From a phage: DNA of 64,000 nt. Below, piece by piece: positions 57,096-64,000 of the stretch (position 1 is its first letter; every line of letters begins with the position of its first letter). The translations under genes and the position numbers were made by a program. The notes under the pieces are model-generated. The model was not told the DNA's origin. It ran no database searches and saw nothing but the letters and a program-made list of their open reading frames with translations. Location: assembly GCA_013585095.1 (NCBI GenBank), contig GCA_013585095.1_3039.1; one strand, given 5' to 3'.

Positions 57096-58211
57096 TTATA
57101 CTTCTCTAAATTCTTGCCCAAACACTTTACCAGTTTTAGACGATGCTTGCGTAGGAAGTACCATTATATCCGGAGGTGAAGCAGATTCACAGATATAATT
57201 AACACGAATACCATTGACGCCAAATTCAGCAGGTTTTGAAATGCCGCCATTTCTTGATACTTCAGAAAAGCTTAAATTTCTCATGCCACCTTGACCAGCT
57301 TGTGCAGTTCTTTGTGCGTATATCGTAAATCCCACAGCGTTTTCTGGAACAACTACATAATCTTCCTTTAATTCCCAAGACCCAGCTTGTCCGGTGAACT
57401 CAGCTTGTGTTGAAGAAATATATCCATTAGATGCATTATAAAAACGGATGGATATATTTGTGGTTCCAAGCGCAAGTAAATCAGCATCAGCATATAACTG
57501 AGCTTTAAGATAAAGAACATCACCAGGAATTAAATTATAATCAGATAATTTACTTATAGCAGCTGAAGTTGGTAGACGCGCAATTTCGTTATTAGTTCCA
57601 CCAACCGCTGACATAAATTGCTCAACGCTTTCATACGTTCTTCTTGGAAACCCGGTAGCTCCGACGTCTTCTAAACTGTCAAATACAACATCTAAAATAG
57701 TTTGATAATCATCTGTGCTTTTTCTATTACTCAGTTTAACATGCTCTAATGCAATAGCTCTTTTAGAAGAAGTATAAAAAGCAGCATATGATACGTCAAA
57801 TCTTGACAATATAGAGTCAGATGGAAAGGCAGACGTTCCGGCGGTTCTTAACCAAGATACTACTTCAGGAGGAAAATTAACCTTTCCGTTAGTTAATATA
57901 GCAACAATTCGATTATTCGTCAAAGAATTCATGAAACTAACAAAAGCAGCTGATGTAGTATCATTTGAAGTCGAAAAAGCATATGATTTACTATCAACTA
58001 ATGCTCCGGTGGAAGGGTCAAAAACTCTTAAATGAAGGCCTGCGCTAAATGTTTGACTTCCTACAGGATTATCCTGAAATTTAACGTATGGTCCTGCTGT
58101 AGAAAGCGGGCAAGAACCCGCTATACTTATTTTGTATCTTACTGAATTACTTTCCGATAAAAATGGCGTTTGGACATATCCTTGTCCAAACTCTGCCATA
58201 AATTTTTCCAT
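57096..58211 (-). CDS. 35: long tail fiber hinge protein gp35
   Basis: 371 aa; synteny. Confidence 0.88.
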   Translation of the reverse strand: MEKFMAEFGQGYVQTPFLSESNSVRYKISIAGSCPLSTAGPYVKFQDNPVGSQTFSAGLHLRVFDPSTGALVDSKSYAFSTSNDTTSAAFVSFMNSLTNNRIVAILTNGKVNFPPEVVSWLRTAGTSAFPSDSILSRFDVSYAAFYTSSKRAIALEHVKLSNRKSTDDYQTILDVVFDSLEDVGATGFPRRTYESVEQFMSAVGGTNNEIARLPTSAAISKLSDYNLIPGDVLYLKAQLYADADLLALGTTNISIRFYNASNGYISSTQAEFTGQAGSWELKEDYVVVPENAVGFTIYAQRTAQAGQGGMRNLSFSEVSRNGGISKPAEFGVNGIRVNYICESASPPDIMVLPTQASSKTGKVFGQEFREV

Positions 58212-58219
58212 AATACCTC

Positions 58220-61200
58220 TTATTCAACCCATTCAAATTTAACAGTTTTATTCACTGGGTCAGGAATAATGCGAACATTACCAATTCGCAAGAAATCGCG
58301 AATAGTAAGATTCCCCATTGTAGCATTATCAGATGGTAAAGCACCGATATCAGATGGTTGAGGAGGGTTACCTCCATCAAATACCTGAACAAAACTTGAC
58401 CAAGAGTTTTTGGTTTTCTGCCATGTACGTGTCCAGCGAGTGGTACGCGCTTCTGGTGTCGTTGGATAAGTAATCCAATCTTGGTAAAGCGAATCAAGTG
58501 TGTTACCAAATTGTGTCAGTGTACCAGGAGATTTAACTTCTTCGCCACGTTCTAAGTACGGAAGTCCAGTCACTTCATTAGTTTTTTCAACCATTTTAAA
58601 ATAACCCGGGAACTGGTTATAAGTAGCTGAATCATTAATATCAATTGACCAGAATCCTACAGTATCAGATGTTGGTGCGCGAGTGTATAAATCAGCAGTT
58701 TTAGTACCCTGAGAACGAATTCTCGAGTTAACGGTTAAACCACCAGAATTTATAGTAGCGCCTTTGGCAATGATTAAGCTTTCACCGATCGTTACTTGTC
58801 CAGATGCATTATTAATAGCTAAAGGGCGTAATCCATTAAATCCACCGGTCTGATCACCCGATGCAGTAAGCATAAAATAGGTGTTAGCAGCATCATTGCG
58901 AATAAAGAATCCATAGTCGCCATTTATTGCTCTGAAAGCATTTGTTGATTTACTGATGAATTCGCCATTAGCAGTAACTGAACTACCAAATGTTGCAACG
59001 CCGTTAGCGTTCAAAGAACCTGAAGCGTTAACATTTATCGGCATCACAGTACCATTAATGCTAAACGTTATATTCCCAGCTTTATTACGTTGAGAATAAA
59101 AGTGATTAGACGTTTCATCACCAACTTCAAATACAGTAGAACGTGTTGTATCTGAACCGCCACCAAACTGATTTCCCCAAACTCTGATAGTCATCGTCTG
59201 CGCTGGGTTAGTTCCAGTTTGAGGTCCTTTCTCAAAAATCAGACGAGTTGCCGTTCCAGTATTAGAAATAGTTAATGTACTATTTGCCGAAACTGAACCA
59301 CCAAACGTAGCAGTACTAGATGATACAAGAGGGGCACTCAGATTCGTTTGTTGGGTTAAGGTTAGTGAACCATTAACCGTCTGTGCAATATCCCTACGAA
59401 TGAACTGAGATGAATCTAGGCCATCTAATAAATTTGCGTCAGCAGCTTTTGCTTTTAACGGCAGATAATTTGCTAATACACGGTTTAATTCATATGGTGA
59501 TACCGCATAGCTATTTTTCTCATACAGTTCTAAATCTTGGGTAGAACCGACTGTATCATTACCAACGAATGTAATTGAACCAGATGAAGTTTTAACAAAA
59601 CCTCTTATTGCAGTAGTAGCTGCCCAAGTAGGTTCACTCTGCACAATCCATTTTAAATTTTTTGGAGATACAGCAGTATTTGCTGATGTTCCAGCTACGG
59701 TTTCAGCTTGAGTTGCAACTTTAATAACACCTTCTTGCGATTCGGTAGATTTAGTACCTAAAAGCTTTTTAGGAGTTATTAAAACATTATCTAATGTTCC
59801 TGCAGCAGCTTCAACTTGTGTAGCTACACGAAGTGTACCACGTTGCGTCTCATTTGCTTCAAGAATATTAAGGGTATAATGGTCCCAGAGAGTTCCTGAT
59901 TCAACTAATCCAGATAGAGCAACAACAGAAGTACGATCAGTACTATTAAATCTGGTTTTAATTTTTAATGGTGTAGAGATACGAGTATCGTCGACGCCTG
60001 CGTCGAATTCAACTTGTGTAGCAATTTCAGCTATACCACTTAAACTTTCAGTTGCTCTACGGTCATTTAAAGTTTTAGGAGTGACTGCACGAGTATAATC
60101 AGTTCCTGTATTAACTTCACTTTGCGTAGCAATTTCAATTAAACCAATTCTTGCATCAGTTGATGTCTTTTTATGTAACGTTTCTGGCGTTACAACCGCA
60201 TTTGCCCATCCTTCTTGGCTTTGTCCAGCAATTACTTCACTTTCAACTGCTAAAATTACTGCACCTTGCTGTGTTGGAGTAGCTTTATACTGATCCAAAG
60301 CTTTAGGTGAAACAACTAAATTATTAGTGTTTTTATTATAAACATTCGTACCATTTAATTCACGGCTAGAAGCTGGAGTAGCTCCTGCAGTAGATACAAA
60401 AGTTACAATACCAGATAATGATTCAGAACCTTGACGAGCTTGAAGCTTTTTAGGAGTAATGATTGTAGTATCATCAGTACCTGCATTAGTTTCTTGCTGC
60501 GTAGCAATTTCTGCGACACCTCTGCGAGTTTCTGTAGCAGTTCTTTCATTCAGCTTTTTAGGAGTGATGATAATATCATCAGCAAAAGAGAATGTGGTGT
60601 TCTGATTCACTTGAGCAGTAGTTGCTATTCTTGCGATACCTCTACGAGTTTCTGTAGCAGTACGATTAGCTAACGTTTCTGGAGTAATTGCTAATTCTTT
60701 TTGTGGAGAATTTTCTAAATCGACATTAGCTTGAGCTTGTGTAGCTAAAGCAATTACGCCTAATCTTGCTCTAGTAGAATCATTTAAAGAATCTACTCTT
60801 TCGACAGTTGGAACGTTTTGCTGTACAACCCAGTATTTTCCATCAGAATCTTCTATATAAGCAAGCTCTAAAACTGGAACATAATTAGTTTCACCATTAA
60901 AAACTAATTCTTGAACTGTAACCCACTCAGCTTCAGGCGGATATTCTGAGCGTTTTGGGAATTGCAGCAATTGAACTGAAGAAGCAATTTTATCTTCACC
61001 AGCAGCTTTGATTTTAACTGTTTGTCCTTTTCTCATGTAATTCATGGAAATTTTAACAGTATCACCAACAGAGATATCAGTAGGAAGCTGAAGCTCAATT
61101 GTCTGAGTCATTCCATTATTCGCTCCAAATACCATAACTTCTTCATTTGGACGAATGTTTGAATTAGTCGTTATAATACGTAAACGTGCTTTACTGTCCC

Positions 61201-62089
61201 CGTCAAACAATCTCCACAATTTCTCGTTATCATCAAACATCAAGAAACCGTCAATCGATGTACGGCCTTCAATAGAATGAGTTCCATCTTCTTGTATTGA
61301 AGTAGTTTCATCGTATGTAGTAACAATTGTATGATAAAGTGGATTCAGTTTATCTAAATCGACGAAATTAATAATATCGCCATGATTAGCAAATCTTGGA
61401 AGCTTAATATTTATCGGTGCAGCAGAAGTAAATCTACGTACGATAAAATCGTTTGATTGCGCTTGATAAGTATTCGCTGGTGTTACAATTACAGCTTCTC
61501 TACTATAATCAGCAACATACATTTGCCACAGACGATTACTAAAAATTAAAACTAGCTGTGACTTTGGATGAGTCATTAGTACTGAACGTACTTGTTCACC
61601 TCTGAAGTTTACAATACTTTGCACTGGAGCTACAATTAAAACTTGGTTAACTCCAGGTTTTCCTCCAATATCTTGGAGAACGATAGTATCACCATCAATT
61701 GGGGTAGATGGTAAAGTAAATGTAATATCATTACCAGCTGCGGTGTTAACCGAAATAGCTTCACCGGATTTTAATTGATATGAACCAGATGAAACCGTAA
61801 TCCAGTTAGCATCGGTACGTAATGCTCTCCAGCGTCCGCTATTAAAAGCTCCTGCCGGTTTTGGAATATCATTTATAGCAGCCCAAAAGCGGTTATCATA
61901 AATGATTACAAAATCTTTTAAATATCCACGAGTTGGATCATATTGTTGAACTGTGTTTTCTTGAATTAAGTAATCAACGTTAACACCGTCAGTTCCTACG
62001 GCACGATCAGCTAAAGCTACGTTGATTATTTTATCGCCACCTGCGTCCAGACCGTCTTCTGCTCTGAACTTTCTTTTAATCTCGGCCAT
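58220..62089 (-). CDS. 34: long tail fiber proximal subunit gp34
   Basis: 1289 aa; about six 40-aa internal repeats (..TETRRG.A.IAT..E...GTD.T.ITPKKL). Confidence 0.92.
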   Translation of the reverse strand: MAEIKRKFRAEDGLDAGGDKIINVALADRAVGTDGVNVDYLIQENTVQQYDPTRGYLKDFVIIYDNRFWAAINDIPKPAGAFNSGRWRALRTDANWITVSSGSYQLKSGEAISVNTAAGNDITFTLPSTPIDGDTIVLQDIGGKPGVNQVLIVAPVQSIVNFRGEQVRSVLMTHPKSQLVLIFSNRLWQMYVADYSREAVIVTPANTYQAQSNDFIVRRFTSAAPINIKLPRFANHGDIINFVDLDKLNPLYHTIVTTYDETTSIQEDGTHSIEGRTSIDGFLMFDDNEKLWRLFDGDSKARLRIITTNSNIRPNEEVMVFGANNGMTQTIELQLPTDISVGDTVKISMNYMRKGQTVKIKAAGEDKIASSVQLLQFPKRSEYPPEAEWVTVQELVFNGETNYVPVLELAYIEDSDGKYWVVQQNVPTVERVDSLNDSTRARLGVIALATQAQANVDLENSPQKELAITPETLANRTATETRRGIARIATTAQVNQNTTFSFADDIIITPKKLNERTATETRRGVAEIATQQETNAGTDDTTIITPKKLQARQGSESLSGIVTFVSTAGATPASSRELNGTNVYNKNTNNLVVSPKALDQYKATPTQQGAVILAVESEVIAGQSQEGWANAVVTPETLHKKTSTDARIGLIEIATQSEVNTGTDYTRAVTPKTLNDRRATESLSGIAEIATQVEFDAGVDDTRISTPLKIKTRFNSTDRTSVVALSGLVESGTLWDHYTLNILEANETQRGTLRVATQVEAAAGTLDNVLITPKKLLGTKSTESQEGVIKVATQAETVAGTSANTAVSPKNLKWIVQSEPTWAATTAIRGFVKTSSGSITFVGNDTVGSTQDLELYEKNSYAVSPYELNRVLANYLPLKAKAADANLLDGLDSSQFIRRDIAQTVNGSLTLTQQTNLSAPLVSSSTATFGGSVSANSTLTISNTGTATRLIFEKGPQTGTNPAQTMTIRVWGNQFGGGSDTTRSTVFEVGDETSNHFYSQRNKAGNITFSINGTVMPINVNASGSLNANGVATFGSSVTANGEFISKSTNAFRAINGDYGFFIRNDAANTYFMLTASGDQTGGFNGLRPLAINNASGQVTIGESLIIAKGATINSGGLTVNSRIRSQGTKTADLYTRAPTSDTVGFWSIDINDSATYNQFPGYFKMVEKTNEVTGLPYLERGEEVKSPGTLTQFGNTLDSLYQDWITYPTTPEARTTRWTRTWQKTKNSWSSFVQVFDGGNPPQPSDIGALPSDNATMGNLTIRDFLRIGNVRIIPDPVNKTVKFEWVE

Positions 62090-62123
62090 TCTCCCGGGCT
62101 CCTATTGTGTTTTCAATAATAAG

Positions 62124-62131
62124 TATTTATA
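62124..62131 (-). promoter_or_regulatory. late promoter (TATAAATA) for gene 34
   Basis: exact TATAAATA on minus strand about 35 nt upstream of gene 34 ATG. Confidence 0.7.
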
Positions 62132-62134
62132 CTT

Positions 62135-62164
62135 GTTTACTTTAAGATTTGGATGGTATATAAT
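62135..62164 (+). promoter_or_regulatory. early promoter for rnh, divergent from gene 34 late promoter
   Basis: GTTTACT, 17 bp, TATAAT. Confidence 0.6.
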
Positions 62165-62193
62165 AAAAATCTCACTAATTGAACGAGGTTCAT

Positions 62194-63111
62194 ATGGATT
62201 TAGAAATGATGTTGGATGAAGATTACAAAGAAGGAATTTGCTTTATTGACTTTAGTCAAATTGCGCTTTCAACTGCTTTAGTAAACTTCCCAGATAAAGA
62301 AAAAATTAATTTATCAATGGTTCGTCATTTGATATTGAACTCAATTAAGTTTAATGTCAAAAAAGCAAAAACGCTTGGATACACTAAAATTGTACTGTGT
62401 ATTGATAACGCGAAATCTGGATACTGGCGTCGTGATTTCGCGTATTATTATAAGAAAAACCGTGGAAAAGCACGAGAAGAATCGACTTGGGACTGGGAAG
62501 GTTATTTTGAATCCAGCCATAAAGTTATAGATGAATTGAAAGCTTATATGCCATACATTGTTATGGATATTGATAAGTATGAAGCAGATGACCACATTGC
62601 TGTTCTTGTTAAAAAGTTCTCTTTAGAAGGACACAAGATTTTAATCATTTCATCGGATGGTGACTTTACTCAACTTCACAAATATCCAAATGTTAAGCAA
62701 TGGTCACCGATGCATAAGAAATGGGTTAAAATTAAAAGCGGTTCTGCTGAAATTGACTGTATGACTAAAATCCTTAAAGGCGATAAAAAGGATAACGTTG
62801 CTTCAGTTAAAGTACGATCTGACTTTTGGTTTACCAAAGTTGAAGGTGAACGAACTCCTTCAATGAAAACTTCAATCGTTGAAGCTATTGCTAATGACCG
62901 TGAGCAAGCTAAGGTGCTTCTCACAGAATCTGAATATAATCGTTATAAAGAAAATTTAGTTCTAATTGATTTTGATTATATTCCTGATAATATTGCTTCA
63001 AACATTGTGAATTACTATAATTCATATAAATTACCACCGCGTGGCAAAATTTATTCATATTTTGTAAAAGCGGGTCTTTCTAAATTAACTAATAGCATTA
63101 ATGAATTTTGA
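62194..63111 (+). CDS. rnh: RNase H (5'-3' exonuclease, FEN-1 family)
   Basis: ORF-track TTG trimmed to ATG; 305 aa; N-terminus MDLEMMLDEDYKEGIC. Confidence 0.9.
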   Translation: MDLEMMLDEDYKEGICFIDFSQIALSTALVNFPDKEKINLSMVRHLILNSIKFNVKKAKTLGYTKIVLCIDNAKSGYWRRDFAYYYKKNRGKAREESTWDWEGYFESSHKVIDELKAYMPYIVMDIDKYEADDHIAVLVKKFSLEGHKILIISSDGDFTQLHKYPNVKQWSPMHKKWVKIKSGSAEIDCMTKILKGDKKDNVASVKVRSDFWFTKVEGERTPSMKTSIVEAIANDREQAKVLLTESEYNRYKENLVLIDFDYIPDNIASNIVNYYNSYKLPPRGKIYSYFVKAGLSKLTNSINEF

Positions 63112-63119
63112 GGTGAATA

Positions 63120-63389
63120 ATGGCTAAAAAAGAAATGGTTGAATTTGATGAAGCTATCCATGGCGAAGACTTGGCTAAATTTATTAAAGAAGCATCTGAT
63201 CATAAACTGAAAATTTCCGGTTATAATGAACTGATTAAAGATATTCGAATTCGTGCTAAAGATGAACTTGGCGTTGATGGTAAGATGTTTAATCGTCTAT
63301 TAGCTTTGTATCATAAAGATAACCGTGATGTGTTTGAAGCTGAAACTGAAGAGGTAGTTGAACTTTATGACACAGTTTTCTCTAAATGA
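63120..63389 (+). CDS. dsbA: double-stranded DNA-binding protein DsbA
   Basis: 89 aa between rnh and 33 as in T4. Confidence 0.82.
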   Translation: MAKKEMVEFDEAIHGEDLAKFIKEASDHKLKISGYNELIKDIRIRAKDELGVDGKMFNRLLALYHKDNRDVFEAETEEVVELYDTVFSK

Positions 63390-63705
63390 TATTCGTCCGG
63401 TCGATGAGACCGGTCTTTCAGAAAAAGAACTTTCAATTAAGAAAGAAAAGGATGAAATTGCAAAGCTTCTTGACCGCCAAGAAAATGGATTTATTATTGA
63501 AAAAATGGTAGAAGAGTTTGGAATGAGTTATCTTGAAGCTACAACAGCATTCTTGGAAGAAAATTCTATTCCTGAAACTCAATTTGCTAAATTTATTCCT
63601 TCGGGTATAATTGAAAAAATTCAGTCAGAAGCTATTGACGAAAATCTTTTACGTCCTTCTGTTGTTCGTTGTGAAAAAACTAATACATTAGATTTTCTAT
63701 TATGA
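63367..63705 (+). CDS. 33: late promoter transcription co-activator gp33
   Basis: ORF-track TTG trimmed to ATG; 112 aa. Confidence 0.88.
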   Translation: MTQFSLNDIRPVDETGLSEKELSIKKEKDEIAKLLDRQENGFIIEKMVEEFGMSYLEATTAFLEENSIPETQFAKFIPSGIIEKIQSEAIDENLLRPSVVRCEKTNTLDFLL

Positions 63706-64000
63706 TTAAACTCCGCATGCCTGCTGGTGGTGAAAGATATATTGATGGTAAATCAGTTTATAAATTATACTTAATGATAAAACAACATATGAATGGAAAG
63801 TATGATGTAATTAAGTATAATTGGTGCATGCGGGTGTCTGATGCCGCTTATCAAAAGCGAAGGGATAAGTATTTTTTCCAGAAGTTATCAGAAAAATATA
63901 AATTAAAGGAACTTGCTTTAATTTTTATAAGTAATTTGGTTGCTAACCAAGATGCTTGGATTGGCGACATCTCTGACGCTGATGCACTTGTGTTTTATCG
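63702..64000 (+). CDS. 59: helicase loader gp59, 3'-truncated at window edge
   Basis: ATG overlaps gene 33 stop; N-terminus MIKLRMPAGGERYIDGKSVYKLY. Confidence 0.88.
   Translation, partial: MIKLRMPAGGERYIDGKSVYKLYLMIKQHMNGKYDVIKYNWCMRVSDAAYQKRRDKYFFQKLSEKYKLKELALIFISNLVANQDAWIGDISDADALVFY

Noticed and set aside
58220-62089. A replication origin in the gene 34-35 region (T4 has an origin near there, as I recall)
   Set aside because: Origins cannot be recognised from primary sequence alone without the middle promoter and unwinding element being mapped; no claim made.
1-64000. tRNA genes, CRISPR arrays, integrase or transposase genes
   Set aside because: No cloverleaf-compatible GC-rich 70-90 nt segments, no regularly spaced direct repeats, and no ORF with recombinase motifs were seen; the tRNA cluster of T-even phages lies elsewhere in the genome.

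Overview
This window is a T4-like (T-even, Tequatrovirus-type) myovirus genome segment. Identifications rest on my recall of T4 proteins, on motifs visible in the translations and on gene order; no database search was possible. Coordinates of regulatory sites were anchored to ORF-track boundaries and may be off by 1-2 nt. From 1 to about 50.9 kb almost every gene is on the + strand, in the classic T4 early/middle order: nrdD (5'-truncated), nrdG, nrdH-like, gene 55, alpha-glucosyltransferase, 47, 46, rpbA, 45, 44, 62, regA, 43, imm, 42, a glycosyltransferase, uvsX, 40, 41, the 61.x cluster (Dmd-like, Sp-like), 61, 56, soc, modB/modA, dda, dexA, 39, rIIA, rIIB, denB, ndd, stp, ac, 52, motA, arn-like and asiA. 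The - strand then carries holin t and the long-tail-fiber late genes 38, 37, 36, 35 and 34, followed on + by rnh, dsbA, 33 and the start of 59. Intergenic regions show GC-rich UUCG-tetraloop hairpin terminators, sigma70-type early promoters (GTTTAC, 17-bp spacer, TAtaAT), MotA-box middle promoters, two exact TATAAATA late promoters and the gene 43 translational operator hairpin. Differences from T4 as I remember it: a single fused 605-aa gene 39, a T2-type glycine-rich gp38 adhesin with a gp37 carrying a C-terminal self-cleaving chaperone-like domain, a 280-aa DxD-motif glycosyltransferase where T4 has beta-gt, and no dam between genes 61 and 56 (a small convergent membrane ORF sits there instead). 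I found no tRNA, CRISPR array, intron or homing endonuclease, and no clearly novel multi-gene system; the best candidates for new biology are the dam-locus membrane ORF, a reiterated promoter-leader cassette, several paralogous small-protein families and envelope-targeted small proteins next to imm.
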